Source of the DNA: Lama glama
Taxonomy: Eukaryota
Direction of reading: 5' to 3'
DNA length: 64,000 bases
Assembly (NCBI GenBank): GCA_028534125.1
Contig: CM052817.1
Location: 65,102,001 to 65,166,000, forward strand
The position numbers were made by a program, and so were the translations under genes. Each line of letters begins with the position of its first letter. The stretch's first letter is position 1. Under the pieces are notes generated by a model. It worked only from the letters and a program-made list of their open reading frames with translations. It did no database searches and was not told where the DNA came from. Positions 1-14,340 of the stretch are shown here, piece by piece.

Positions 1-425
1 CTTAATCGAAGTATAGTTGACTTACAATGCTGTGTTAGTTTTAGGTGTACAGCAAAGTGATTCAGTTATACATGTATCTATATATCTATATATAGAGAGA
101 TATATAAAAGTCTATTCCTTTTCGAATTATTTCCCATTATGGATGATTATAAGATATTGAATATATTTCCCTGTGCTATACAGTAAGTCCTTGTTATTTA
201 TCTATTTTATTGAAAAATATTTTTATTGGGAGTTAATTAGGTTTGTTTGTTTGTTTGTTTATTTATTTATTTTTAATGGAGGTGCTGGGGATTGAACCCA
301 GGACCTGGTGCATGCTAAGCACACATTTTATCACTGAGCTATATCCTCCCCACTTGTTCATCTATTTTATGTATGGTAGTGTGTATATGTTAATCCTAAA
401 CTCCTAATTTATCCCTCCTCCCTAA
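1..425 (-). mobile_element. L1 LINE 3'-end fragment, interrupted by a SINE
   Basis: Typical antisense L1 3' UTR text (gaagtatagttgacttacaatgctgtgttagttttaggtgtacagcaaagtgattcagttatacat...ttccctgtgctatacagta); resumes after 370 (gtatggtagtgtgtatatgttaatcctaaactcctaatttatcc). Confidence 0.8.
211..352 (-). mobile_element. tRNA-derived SINE (camelid Vic-1-like)
   Basis: Reverse complement gives ggggaggatatagctcagtgataaaatgtgtgcttagcatgcaccaggtcctgggttcaatccccagcacctcc (Pol III A and B boxes) plus an A-rich tail; flanking direct repeat atctattttat at 200-210 and 360-370. Confidence 0.85.
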
Positions 426-1379
426 AGTCATTGTTAATAGGTTATCTGAGTAGTCAGGTAGATTCTTATGCTTGTATTTTTGATGGCTACAAAAAGATTA
501 GGTGGTGGTTAGATTAAAGAGCTACTATACGCCTTTGTTCTTTGGTCCCTATTTTCCTTCGGGCTCTGGAATCTGTGAGCTCTGCAAGTAAAACCCTGAA
601 CCACAGCCAGCCCAGCCCCTGCCTTTCCCAGACACACACAGCTTGCCCAAGACGCAGGGTCTATTCTTCCTGAAGAACCCAAAGCAAGCAACTCAGATGC
701 ATTTCTGTGTCTCATTGATAGAGTGTCAATATAAAAACATTTCTTTCTTCCATCCTAAATATATTAAGGCATCCAGAAGCAAAAGGGGAAATAACACCAT
801 CTGCAAATGTCCCTCAGCTTCACTCAAAGTTTGGCCGAGTGGGGAGGGTGGGGCAGAGGCTGCGGAGAAGGTGGGTAAGAGGCAGGAGGCAGGCTGGGCA
901 CAGAAGTCAAGCTGTTTGTGGCTTTCGAAATGAAGCGATGGGGAAATGAAACAAATAATGAATATCTGAGATGTCACCTAAGTCACAAACTAGGATAGAA
1001 TTGTTAATCAGTTAATAATGTAAAATCCCAGCAATTCTTTGATTATAACAAAGTTTCCTGCATGACAATGGAGGAATGTAGAGTTATGTCCAAACTATAT
1101 AACCACAGACACAAAAGGGATACTGTGAAATAAAGATATTTTAGGACACTTTTAAATTAAATATTCAAGTGATCTAGTCATACTCCTTCAGTGAGAAATG
1201 GAATAAACATTCCCTTTTTTATATACTTTCCCAAATCTCAAATTTTATAAGAAAGTGTTGGTATTTGACTATGTCGGTCAGAGTCAAGAAGGTAGATTCT
1301 AAGCTCTGGATATTTAAATAAATTAATCAAAAAGTCTCTAATTTCTCTGGCCTTTCATATATAAGAGGTTAGGCCAGAT

Positions 1380-2600
1380 CAAGGGTCAGCAAACTCTTTA
1401 TTTTTCCCCTTTAGGTCCTATTTCTTGCCTCTTAAAAAATTTTTTAATTGAAGTATAGTCAGTTTACAATGTTGTGTCAGTTTCTGGTGTACAGCACAGT
1501 GCTTCAGTCATATAGGCACATACATATATTCGTTTTTATATTCTTTTTCACCAAAAGTTGCTACAAGATATTGACTATAGTTCCCTGTACTATACAGTAT
1601 AAGCTTGTTGTTTACCTATTTTATATATAGTAGTTAGTATCTGCAAATCTGGATCTCCCAATTTACCCTTTCCCACCCTCTTTCCCCCTCTGGTAACCAT
1701 AAATTTATTTTCTAAGTCTGTCTATTTCTGTTTTGTAAATAAGTTTGTTTGTCTTTTTTCTTTTTTTTTTTTAAGCTTACACATATAAGTGACATCATAT
1801 GGTATTTTTCTTTCTCTTTCTGGCTCATCTCACGTAGAATGACATTCTCCAGGCTGATCCATGTTGCTGCAAATGGCATTAGTTTATTCTTTTTTAAGGC
1901 TGAATAGTATTCCATTGTCTAAATATACCACACTTTATTCAGTCATCTGTCCATGGACATTTAGGTTGTTTCCATGTCTTGCCTATTGTATATAGTGCTG
2001 CTATGAATATTGGGGTGCATGAATCTTTTTGAATTAAGGTTCCCTCTGGATATATGCCCAGAAGTGGGATTGCTAGACATATGGTAAGTCTATATTTAGT
2101 TTTTTAAGGAACTTCCATAGTGTTCTCCATAGTGACTGCACCAAACTACATTCCCACCAACAGTGTAGGAGGGTTCTCTTTTCTTCACACCCTCTCCATC
2201 ATTTACTGTTTGTGGTCTTTTGAATGATGGCCATTCTGACTGGGTGTGAGGTGATACCTCACTGTAGTTTTGATTTGCATTTCTCGGATCAGCAAACTCT
2301 TTTTGTCAAGAGCCAGGTAATAAATATTTCAGGCTTCGCAGGCCTTGGTGATTTCTCCTTCAGCTACTCACATCTGCCATTGTCATGCAAAGCCAGCCAC
2401 AGATAACACAAAAACAAATGACTGTGCCATATTTAAGGACACTGACATTTGAATTTCATTTAATTTTCATGAGTCATAAAACATTCTTCTCCTTTTTTCT
2501 CCCCACCATTCAAAAACGTAAAATCATTCTTGGCTCATTTCATACAAAAACGTGTACCCTGGCAGGAACTGACCCTCTAGAGGTGGTTTGCTGACCCAGG
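1380..2600. mobile_element. hAT-Charlie MITE (MER58B-like), split by the L1 at 1400-2288
   Basis: Terminal inverted repeats caagggtcagcaaac (~1380) and gtttgctgacccagg (~2586-2600); internal gccaggtaataaatatttcaggcttcgcaggcc resembles the MER58 consensus as recalled. Confidence 0.7.
1400..2288 (-). mobile_element. 5'-truncated L1 (3' UTR plus end of ORF2), inserted in a MER58-type MITE
   Basis: Antisense L1 3' end; ORF 1712-1915 (MEYYSALKKNKLMPFAATW...) is the ORF2 C-terminus; 14-bp TSD tcagcaaactcttt at 1386-1399 and 2289-2302. Confidence 0.9.
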
Positions 2601-3049
2601 GAATAGGTAATAATAACCAAAGTGAGTTCTTATTAAGAGGCAGACATTTTGCATACACTAGCTCTGGTCTTCAAAGGGTATTGGCATTTCCGCTTTACAT
2701 CCAAAGAGACTCAGCAACAGAGAAATCAGGCTGCCTGGAGTCCCAGAGATTCCAGGTCCCAAGTTCATGCTCATTGTACCACAGTCGGCTCTCCTGCTGT
2801 GAGAGTCATTATTTACTAACCCCCTACTCTGTGCCAGCACTAAGCCAGTCACATCCATTTGGCCTTCACGATAACATCTTCAATACAGTATGATCATACT
2901 CATTTTATAGATGCAGAAAGTGACTTCAAATAAGTTAAATGAACAGTTCAGGTTGCAGATGGCATTGGTGGTGCCACTGGGAGTGCCTGGGCGGTTACTC
3001 CAAAGCTGACCCTGACGGAAGAAGGCATACATCCTAAGAATGGCAGTAG

Positions 3050-3270
3050 GAAATTGTTGGATGCTTACCATGTGCCAGGTGCTATTTTAAGCCCTTTGCT
3101 TATATGACTTATTAAATCCACACATCACTGGGAGATGGTTACTACCACTAATGTCATTTGCATTTACAAATGAGAAAAAGGAAGGACAGAGCTTTTATCA
3201 CCTGCTCACATGCCCGTAAACCTTCAAATCCAGGAGTTTTGTCCCAGAGCCCACATGCTTATCCACTGAC
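3050..3270 (-). mobile_element. MIR SINE remnant
   Basis: gcttaccatgtgccaggtgctattttaagccctttg...catttacaaatgagaaaa is a MIR core-like sequence. Confidence 0.6.
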
Positions 3271-5038
3271 ACAACTTCCTAGTTTCTGTCAAACGTCTAT
3301 CTTCTTATTGTATCAGCTCTATTTATTAGTGCTGGTGAGAACTGAAAGGGCAAAAAAGAAAGTTCTGTGCTTACTACCACCAACACATTTTTTTTTAACT
3401 AAAAGACATTATTCTTTCACATTTTTCATAGGCACACAAAGCCAGATCAGCATTCTAATTAATCAGAACTTTACTGAATTTTGTGTTGATTCCGTTTTCC
3501 AGGGCTAGGCCCATTGAATGGGCTAAGAAGAGAGTAGTGAAGTCCAAGCTCTAAAGGAATCTGTTTACAGAGCTGATACCAAGTAGAGCAATAAAGCTTG
3601 TTCCTCTTCTGTGCACAGTTCTGTAACCTTGGACTCTAAAAATGGTAGGTGATTCTCTTGTGGTTGGTGAGAGTATGGAACTGTATACAGTTCAATCTCT
3701 GCTGACGCAAGCAAATGTCCTCTTCTGTTACGTTTCTGTTCCTCTGTGGGTGATGGTGACTTCCTTCTACTTACATATGGAAATCTGTCCACACAGGTTC
3801 TGCACATTGAGTGGGGTCACCTTGTTTCATTCATTCTTCCTTCCATTCATTCACAGAGCCATCCGTTGAAGGATGACATGCAAGGCAGTGCGGGAGATAC
3901 TGACACTAAAAGGAAGTATCTCCCTTCGGGGAGTTTACAGTGCAGGGAACAGAGAATGCACGTGTGGGGAGAGTTAGAATGCAGGGTGGTGGGGCTGGGG
4001 TTCATTGCAGTGTCTAATAAAACACAGCAGGTGGCAGGAAGGAAGGAGATTGTTGAACATGGTTGTTGGACACGGTGAAGATGGCCTTGGAACCCATAGG
4101 ATTTTTGTCTGTTGAAGGTAGAGAAGAAGACATTTCCTAAAGAGAAACTGGCATGAATAAAGCAGCAAAAGTGGCAAAACATATGAGTTTTCAGAAGATA
4201 GAAAGAGCCCACATAGACTCAGACCCCCCCATTCCTGGGGCTCGGTGTTCAGTCAGTTTCGTCTGGTCTTTACCACTCAGAGTCTTCATCTTCAGCTTCA
4301 TTCTATGAGAAAACTTCCACCTGGCTTTCCTCTTCCAGTTTCTAGTATCATTACCATACCCTTTGACTCTTTTTTTTTTTTTTAAACCTGGGTTAATTTC
4401 TTGCCCCTATCAACTCCCCTAGAGGATAAATTCCTAGTCTGAGCCCACACACTGGGTTCCCTCCTGATGTGGACCTGTCTGAACCCAACCATGGTCCACA
4501 TAGCTGAGTCTTAACCGTCACTGTTCACCTCCAGCTTCTCTGTGGTCCTGCTCCCCTGATTCCCTGCCAATAGTGCCTACTCCCATCATCTGTTGTTAGA
4601 CTTTTGCTTAAAAACATTTCAACTTTAAAAAGCATAAGGGCAATAATTTAATTTGTTTGACACAAGTATAGATATGTAAGAGGATGTTACTTTTTAGAGA
4701 AACATGCTGAATTCCTTAAGATTAAAGTGCTATGATATTTCTAATTTACATTTAAGATGTTCATCCAAAAATATATGAAGGAAATATGGCAAAAAGTTAA
4801 AAATAATTCTACCTAAAATATGGGTATTATTTAAATGTGGGTGTTATTTATACTCTTTTTCTACTTTTTTGTATACCTGAAATTATTCACAATAAGCAGT
4901 TTAAAATAATAGTAATACACATTAATTATAGAAAATTTGAGAAATAAAGAAAATCACCAAAAATGTCAGCCCTGTACCACCACCCAAAACAACATATTAT
5001 TCAACTTCTCTCCAGTCCTTTAAAAATATTTTTCTGTA

Positions 5039-5060
5039 CACACACACACACACACACACA
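5039..5060. repeat. (CA)11 microsatellite
   Basis: Read directly from the sequence. Confidence 0.95.
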
Positions 5061-5389
5061 TGCATACACATTGAATTGCAGTCATATCATATACATAATT
5101 TTGCTCTTACTTTCTGATAGCATGTTTTTTTTTTTTTATCATCTGCTTCTTGTTCTGTCTCAAAGCAGATTCCAGATCTGGTCTTTCCCAGGCCAGCCCA
5201 TTTCCCTTAAAGTTTGACTATTGGTCCAAATTCCAAAAGGACTTAAGTTCCCTGAGCCACAACCACTGGGGGAGCAATGATGCTTCTTGGGTCTTGCAGC
5301 CATTTGTGCACTGTGCAGGCTGACCCAGGGACCCGAAAGGACCTCTGCAGGAAAGAGATGCAGTTTGCCACACCACCTTCCCATAGTGG

Positions 5390-5730
5390 CTCTGCTCTCT
5401 GGTCTGTCATGTCTCTGACTTCCCTGGGTGTGTCGATCCACCCCGAGTCAGGCTCTGTGGGTCTGTCTCCATGTGTCTGCAGCCTTCACTCTCTTCGGTT
5501 TCTCTGTCTAAGTCTCCTGGACCCCACTGTTTGGGTCTGTATTCATGTTCCTTAGGTCCTTGTCCCTATGTGCTTCTGGCTTTCTACATGAGTCTCTGTG
5601 CCTTTCTCTGTCTCCAGGTCTTATATTTATATATATCTTTCTACAGCTCTTGACATGTGTCTCTGGCTCTTGGTGCCCCTCTGTGTCTCTGGATCTCTGA
5701 GTCTCTGTCTCTCTGCTTCTCTTTCTCAGA
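5390..5730. repeat. CT/GT-rich low-complexity tract
   Basis: Recurrent tctctg/tgtctc units. Confidence 0.7.
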
Positions 5731-8700
5731 ACTCCTTGCCTCATTCCTCAGGCTCCTCCAAGAACAGGTTTATCCTGGTTTCCAGCTTCCACAGAATTAT
5801 CATATCCCTTTCAGTCCTGTTTCCCTTTAGCTGAGCCTTGACTCCTACAAATAAAAAATCTTGGGGCCCCACCTTTGGTTCACTGTTTGTCCAGATACTC
5901 ACATACTCTGCCTCTGTCATCACTCAGGTATGCTTCCTAAAGCCTAGGCCAGCTGGCCTGACCATTTAGCTCTGCTGTTAGCATTTGTAAATGTGGGCAT
6001 TTAGAATGGCAATGTGGAAAGTCTCAGACAAGCTGGTTCCATCACAGAAAGCTCCTTTTTGGAAAGATTGTGGTGAGTCTTTCTTCAGCCTCCCCTATGT
6101 ATCGCACTATGCCTGTCTGAAGTCTCATTAGAACTTTGAAAATTCTTTGCAAAGTCTCTGCTTGATTCTCTCTACTTAGACAAGGTCCATTCACTATGAC
6201 CAATGGAAAGATAAGCCTACATCTGCAAATAGGGACTTACCATGCTTATCCAGACACCATCGCATTGTCACAGAAGATGCATCACAGCCTGACTGTAATA
6301 CAAATTGCAGCACTGATCTTTTGAGCTAAATAAGACATTTCCTTTTCCTTAACCGATGAATTCTGATGGCTTAGAGAGCTATGCGTCTTAGTTTTCACAA
6401 AGTCAAAGTATCTAGCACCAACCCTATGAAGAAATGAACACAAAGGAAATCAGCAGCCAAGCAATCCTATGGAGTGACTCAAGAGCTGAGGACAGATTAA
6501 GCCAAGTTAAGACTGCTTAGATTGAGATTGCCTAATAGATTCATTGTTTGTTCTGTCATCATTGTGTTCAGAAGGACTCTGAGGCCAAGCATAGGTTAGC
6601 AAGCGAGAAGACAAATCAACAAGCTACGTCATCCGTGGCCTTAAGAAAAGGGGAGTGCGTCATATGTCATGCACTTGCTATCTTTGGTCTAGGGAGTTCA
6701 GAAAGTGTGTCAGTGTCATTCAAAAGCGAGAATAATTTTGAAAATGGTAAAAAAGGGAGAAAATTCTCTAAAGAAGAGTGCTTTTGTTGGCTGTTCAACT
6801 CTAGAGCTTTTTAGCTGTTTTTACATGATCAGCAATTTCCGTTGTTTTTGGTTGAAATATACGTCCTCTTTATAAGTCTGATGAGACATATCTAGGTTCT
6901 ATGTCACTTCTCTTTGCCAAGAAGGGGGAAAACATGTCATTAAACATATGAAAAATCTGTAGACATGGGTTACTAAGAAATTTTCTCCCCAAGAAGTACA
7001 TAATCTAAACGAATGTATGGCTCATGTTTTAACACGCGAGTCTGATTTCTGTGCCCACCTGTTCTCCCAGTGTTATTTTGTACTACTCCTCAACATAGAC
7101 TCTCTGTTCCAGCTAGGTATTCTGTTTTCTTTATACGCCATGCACATGTCGACCCCAGTGCCTTTGCTTATGCTACTGCTCCTGTTGGGATGCTCTTTTC
7201 TTTCACACCTAATGAACCCTATATTTATTCTTCAAGTCTCAACTCATAATCTTCCTCCTCCTTGAAGATTTCCCTGATCATTTCATTCCCTCATGAGCTC
7301 CTGTTCTACACCATTTACTGTCCATATCACTAAGATGGAAGCTATTTGAGGATTTTTTGATGAAGTTAGCCTGCAAATCCTTCTCTGTTCCTCCCACTGG
7401 TCCTGTAATGCCATGTAGTATTTTCTTGACTCTTTGTCCTCCTTTTTAGATGCCATACACAGTCCACTCAAACTATCAAGTTTATTGAAATGAATTAAAG
7501 TTTTTAGGACCAAGAGTCCTACACTTCTATGCTTCTCTAACCCTAAATTGCATAGTAATCACGTGGGGCTCTTGATAAAACAGATCATAATTCAGCAGAT
7601 CCAGGAGGTCGGTGAATGTGAATTTATTACACGATCCCAGGGCACTGAGTGGCAAGGCTTCGCATTTTACACCAAGTACAACCCAAGAGTGTTCTTGAAG
7701 TCAATTTAGTATTTAGGTCACAATATTTGTTAAAAAGAAATAGAAAAGTAAATATTGAATAGAATTTAGAAGAATAGTGTTGTTTCCTATAACACTTTGT
7801 TTCTTTGTGTGTGTTTACAACGTATGTGTATATATATATATGTAGAAAGAAAGAGAGAGAAATATAAAAATGTATTTCATACTGTGGGCCAATTCAAACA
7901 TGTGAAAGCCTCTCTTTTAAGAGACAGAGGAAAATGAGATACAAGCTAAAATCCTCATATTAAGTCAAGACAATAAAACCCAATGGGATTAGAAACTGTG
8001 AAGTCTCCAATATGATGCTGGGGCAATTTTCCAGGAGGCTCTAGAACAAAGGGGCACTGGGATGAGAGGAGACGAGGTGGACTTGAGGACCATCTTGTCT
8101 GCTTTCTCTGTGGTTGAGCTTATTTCCTGTATCTTACTGAGAGGCAGCTATGAACATTCTTTAGTGGGTGGGTGTTTCCTAATTTGTTACTGTATCTTGG
8201 AAGGAATAACACCACTATTTCCTTCAAGGCCAGCTGTGGGTTTTGATAATTTCATAAATCTAGTACAGATATTCCTTGGAAGCTGATGAGTCTCTCCTGG
8301 CTCTATCAGCCTTGAGACACACTTACATCAATATGTGGACCTTGGAGGAAGAGGAAAATAAAACACTGCATCGAATGTGTTGCTATAAAGAGTAGTTTCC
8401 TGCTCTTTCTTACTTCTTCAGGAAAATGAGGCAAAAATAATTTTTTTTAAGTCTCGGGAGAATGGAACTTATCCCAAACAGCAGAGGGTCGTATTCCCAG
8501 CAGGTAGCACCATATCTGGCATAGTCATGACACTTGCATAATTAGCAAAGCTTGCACCTTGTTCTCTTCTGCGAAAGTTAGGGAATCATGTAAGAAGTTT
8601 ATTAAAGAAGTCAGCGGTCCAACACATGAAAATAAGAGAGTTTTTCTATCAGTCTCCTTGACAGATGAGAAGACGAGGTTGCTCCTTACGTGGGGTCACA

Positions 8701-9622
8701 TCGCTAATATGTTAGAAGCCGTTGGCACAGAAGGACTCATCGCTGAGGAAATGAGTGGAGACAAAGGCATGCTCTCTCGCAGAATTTTCACTAATACTGC
8801 ATGGGTGTTTGTGATCCACGTTAGCTGCTTACCAGCATTCCTTTTCTCTTGACATTTCCTAGTGGCAAAAAGATTTCTTACTGCACTTAATTCTAAAAAC
8901 ATCACCTTTCTAATGCAGCTGGGAGAGACATGGCAGAGCAGCACGGGGAAGATGATTTACTTGGAGGCTTTAATCTACAGCGGTTCAATGTGAATCAGCA
9001 GCGTGATGCAACTGTCAAGGAAAGAATGCAATCTTGGGTTGCCTTGCAGTGTAACCGGCAGCTGGAATAGGGCGATCCTATGGGGCTTTGATTTGCATGT
9101 CAGATCTTACCTTTAAGATAGATGTTGAAAATTTAGAAGGTATTCAGACGAGATGAGGTCTTTGGATGATCAAGGGACTGAAAGTCTGTTATAAAAGAAG
9201 TTGAAGATGATGGAAACAAACGAGAGTACATTCTAAATGCTTTAACTATTTGTGTGACAATTATCTCTGTAACTTCAAGAGGTAGCTCTGAGACCATCTG
9301 TTGAAAGCTGTACAGCAGGAAACAGTAACTTGATGTAGACAAGAGTTTTCTAGCCATCAATCATGGAAGGATGGAATGGGCTTGCCTGTACGAGTAGTGA
9401 GTTCCCATCATTAGCAAAATGTAAACAAAGATTAGCTAAGAGTCTTCTCAGGGTTCAGACTTTATTCACATACTGTACAAAGATTAGAAATATAAACCAA
9501 GCTGATGGTTGTGATTTTCTCTGCAATGAGGGATTATATGTGGCTTTTCTTTGCTAAGTTAAATGTTTTTAATTGTTTAACTTAAAAAAAAAATAAAAAG
9601 CACATATGACTTTTATAATCAC

Positions 9623-11740
9623 CAGAGATGAGTTTGCTATGAAGCCAATGAAACTTCAGTTTTGGGGCCTCTGCCTTGCACAGACCTTAGTGATGTGGTT
9701 AAAAAAAATGTGGTCAACTCGAAGAGCATTTAAGATTAGTCCCTGAACATGAAAATTTCAAATGCCCTGAAATCTTACAGTTCATTTATGAAAGCAATTT
9801 GATAGAGGTTCTCAAATTTTCCAACAATCTGAAAGACTTTATTATCAGTATCACATTGTAGAGTTCAAAATAACTTTTGTCTCAAAGTAATTCTAGGTGA
9901 AATATTGAATTCTTATTCTATATTGAAAATTATGTAATAAAATTGTTTTTAGATAAAGAAATAACCAAAGATAATACAGCCAAAAATGTACAGAAAAAAT
10001 GATAGGGGTGTATTAAACAGTTAATTAATGAACAGAAGATTTATTCCTTGGTTTTGTAATGTTTGTGATATTTGTCAGCTCTTTATTTTTATTTTTTAAA
10101 TTTGAGATATAATAGCTATCTAGCATTATATTAGTTTTAGGTGTACAACATAATGATTTGATATTTGTATACATTGTGAAATGATTGCTACAGTAATTCC
10201 AGTTAACGTCCGTCACCATACATAGTTAACAAAACTTCTCTTTTATTATGATGAGAACTTTTGATCCACTCTCCTAGCTACTTTCAAATAAGCAATACAG
10301 TATTAACTGTAGTCACCGTGCTGTACATTATATCCCCAGGACTTAGTCATTTTATAGCTGGAAATCTGTACCTTTTGACACTTTTTCTCCATTTCACTCC
10401 CTGCCCCCTAACTCAGGCAACCACCAATCTGTTCTCTGTATCCATGAGCTTGGTATTTTTGTTTTTTGGGTTGTTTTATTTTTATGTATGTATTATTTTT
10501 CATAGTTAAATCTTAGTGAATTTTTATTCCTTTTTAACTGAAATAGAGTTGACATACAATATTATGTTAGTTTCAGGTGTACTACATGGTGACTTGACAT
10601 TTGCATTCATTATGAAATGACCACCATGGTAAGTCTCATAATCATCTATCCTCATACAGTCATTGCAATATTATGGACCATAATCCTTATGCTGTACATT
10701 ACACTCCTGTAGCTTATTTATTTTATAACTGAAGGTTCGTACCTCTTAATCTCCTTCACCTATTTCACATACAATCCCCTACTCTCTGGCAGCCATCCAT
10801 TTATTTTCTGTATCTATGAGTCTGGTTTAGTTTAGTTTTGTTTATTCATTTGTTTGATTGTTTAGATTCCTCATATAAGTGAGATCATATGGTATTTATC
10901 TTTTTTATCTGACTTATTTCATTTGACATAATACCCTCAGGGCCCAACAATGTTGTTGAAAATGGCAAGATTTCATTCTTTTCTATAGCTGTGTCATATT
11001 CCACTATATATACAGCAGAATATAATTATTCAGCCATGAAATATTTTCCTTATCCATTCATACATCAATGGACATTTAGGTTGTTTACATGTCTTGGCTA
11101 CTGTAAATAATGTTGCAATGAACATGGGGTACATATTATCTTTGTAATTAGTATTTTAGTTTTACTTGAATAAGTACCCAGGAGTAGAATTGCTGGGTCA
11201 TATGGTAGTTCTATTTCTAATTTTTTGAAAAACCTCCATCCTGTTTTATATAGTGGTTGCACGAATTTACATTCCCACCAACATTTTTTCCGTGTCCTCA
11301 CCAACATCCGTTATTTCTTGTCTGTTTGATAATAGCCATTCTCATTGTGGTTTTGATTTGCATTTCCCTGATAATTAGTGATGTTGAGCATATTTCCTGT
11401 ATCCGTTGGCCATCTGTTTATCTTCTTTAAAAGATGTCTATTCAGATCTTATGCTCATATTTTAATTGAACTGTTTGTTTTTTTGCTATTGAGTTGTATG
11501 AGTTCTTTGTTTATTTTGAATATTAACCCCTTATCAGATACATGATTTGCAAATGTTTTCTTCCATTCAGTGGGCTGCTTTTTCATTTTGTAGATGTTAG
11601 CTTTTAAAATTTATAATCTATTGTGATTTTTCACTCTAAGTAATCATTCTTTTTCTTTTTTTGGTAAGTTTATATTAATTTTCTTAAAGAGACTTCCAAA
11701 TTTTACAAGCTTCAAACCCCTTAAATTTTGACTTTTCCAT
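9623..11740. mobile_element. Ancient hAT-Tip100 element (Zaphod/MER115-like), interrupted by L1 sequence
   Basis: Left end cagagatgagtttgctatgaagccaatgaaacttcag...ggcctctgccttgcacag and right end ccaaattttacaagcttcaaacccc resemble the Zaphod/MER115 termini as recalled; not database-checked. Confidence 0.45.
10081..11600 (-). mobile_element. L1 3' region; two tandem or nested 3' ends (~10081-10500 and ~10530-11600)
   Basis: Two separate antisense L1 3'-UTR starts; ORF 11098-11307 (..[22 protein letters not shown]..) is a degenerate ORF2 C-terminus. Confidence 0.85.
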
Positions 11741-12259
11741 CTAATAAGCAGAATAACAAAATTAAAAAAAAAATTTAAACAGATTGCCAATCACAAGAAC
11801 TTCAGGCCCAAGCAATTAGGACTCTATGTAATAAGCTGTTGTCCATGCATATTAAGCCATCAAAATCCAAGACATCAGCCAAGGAGCCGTCAGCGTCCAG
11901 TGCCAAGTATAAGCCAGCGCCAGTCTCCTCCTGGCTTCATCTCACCACGCTGACTGCTGCCCTTGGGCACTGCCCTGAGTTACTCACACTGCTGTGCCGT
12001 GCTCTGATGCGATTTACGCCCGGCACGCTCTCATTTCTTGGCCTTCGCTCCTGTTACTCCCTTTGCACAGAATAGCTCCTTGAAAAAATGTCACTCCAAA
12101 TCCCACTAGACTTCAAATAGAGAAAAAGTCTCTCTCTCTCCCCCCACCGAAGTGCTAGGTCACGTCCAGTGTTCAATAAACAGCAATTGAATAAGTAAAT
12201 TAAATAAAATGATTTTTTATAGTGGAACACATTTTCTTAAAAAGTTTTCCTTTTTAAAC

Positions 12260-12425
12260 AATTTTAACAGCTTCCTTTATTTGATTTTATATTTTTTTAA
12301 TTTATTTTTGTGGGGAGGGGAATTAAGTTTATTCATGTATTTTTAACAGAGGCACTGGGGCTTGAATCTAAGACCTCATGCATGCTAAGCATGTGAGCTC
12401 TACCACTGAGCTATATTCTACCCCC
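12260..12425 (-). mobile_element. tRNA-derived SINE (Vic-1-like)
   Basis: gaggcactggggcttgaatctaagacctcatgcatgctaagcatgtgagctctaccactgagctatattctacccc, with a T-rich tail to its left. Confidence 0.85.
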
Positions 12426-14340
12426 TAAATAAAATAATTAAATAAAGCAAATTATTAACAGGGTGCTGGAGGTTGAATTCAGGTAGAAATATTGTTTTCT
12501 TTTTTCAAATTTTAGTTATGCAGTTAATATATGAATGTATTTTGTTTTATTTTTTTACATTTGAGTAAGGCAGATTAGGGAAATTTGATCACGCTAAATC
12601 CTATCCTAGTTCCTTCCATTAAGGACCAGACTTATCAGTTTGGTGTGCATTTTTTTCAGACTTCTATTTCATGCTTTTATATATTTTTGTATGTGTATAT
12701 GTTGTATTGTTTGGGGGAATGAGATAGACTTTTTAAAGCTAAGTGGCATCATACTGTACCTGTCACCAGTTCTGCTAACTTAACAATACATTTTGGGGTC
12801 TATCAACTTTGACATGTGTGTAATGGGTGTATCTCCGTGGGGGTGCAGCTGGCATGCTGAGTGGGACAGCTGTCGGTTGTTCAGGATTGCATCAGTCTCT
12901 ACGGATGTTAAGCATTCCTGGCACTCCCTCACAAAGTGCTGGTAGCATCCAACCCCTTGCCCTCAGCATTTGGCAACCAAAAATGCTCTCACCTTTTCAA
13001 ACGCTTTTGGTTAACTTTTTACATAATCATCTCATCCTAGGACGTGTTTGGTTAACTTTTTATATAATCTCATTTTAGTAGCACCTGACTTTATCATCTC
13101 ACTGTTGATGGATATTCAGGATGGCTCCAAATTTTTATTCTCACAGTTTGTAGTAAACATCTTCATTCATACTTCCTTCTCTGTATGGGTAAGTGTTTTA
13201 CTAGTCAGACCCAGAAGTGGAGTCACTGGTCACGTGTGCATGTCCAGTTACATCAGATGAGTTGAAATTCCCCTCCAACTTAAACACCTGCCAACAGTTG
13301 ACAATATCTACGGCCCCCAAATTTTCCAATACTTAATACTAACCCTTCAATTTTAGCTAATCTGGTGGATTAAAAATATATAATATATATATTACACTGT
13401 TGCTTTAATTTGCATTTCTCTGAATAGTAGTGAGACTGTTTATTTGAAATGCATATTTCCTCTTCTGTGAAAGATTTTCACTTTCTTTTGTATGTGTATA
13501 TATTTTAATTTTTACTACATATACTTTACAATCACAAAAATTGTGCACACTTTAAAAAGTAACTTACATGTCTTTCAAGTCAAAAAAAATGGTCTTGATC
13601 TTTCTTCCTGGAACCCTCACTGGATACTTTACTGTCTCTTGGACGTAGTTTGCAAAGTATTTACCTTATCCTCCTGACTAGAGTAATGGTTTCTTGAAGC
13701 CCAGCGTGGGCTTTAGTTCCATTTGACCTGCCTAATATAGTGCCTTGCTCAGATTTTAGCTTAATTGATAAAGATTTATAAAGTTGGATGGTAGAAAGTA
13801 AAGCAGGTTGATAATGGGACAATTACCAACTGAACTCTACTATATTTTCAACCTTTCTCCCCTTATGGACACAATCGGGAACCATCCTTACCAAAGGCGG
13901 ACAGACTCCTACAAAGGATACATAACGTTATTGGTTCTGTCATCATTTCCCTGGAAGATGTGCTCACCTACAGTTCCTAGGAGAGGAATGCTTAATTCAA
14001 TTCAAAGAGGAAGTTTAGGCATTTGCAGAGGAGCTGTTTGGGGGGTGAGGATCCTCGTTACCCCGCAGACATCATGGAGCATGGCTGGCTGCCGGGCAGG
14101 CTCCAACTTAGGTTTGCCCACACCCAGATCTCCATGAAACCCAGGACGGCAATACCAACTCAACCAAACCGCCGCCCAGGAATTAACACTCCCTGAGATG
14201 TTCCAAATAAGAGCACAGTGCGATCCTTCTTGCTTTATGTTCAAAGATTTCTTATGTGTTTATGATAAATAGTCACTGTTTAAAAGATTACCATAAAAAA
14301 ATTCTTAGTAAAAGTTCTTAATAAAAACTGGCATTGAGCA

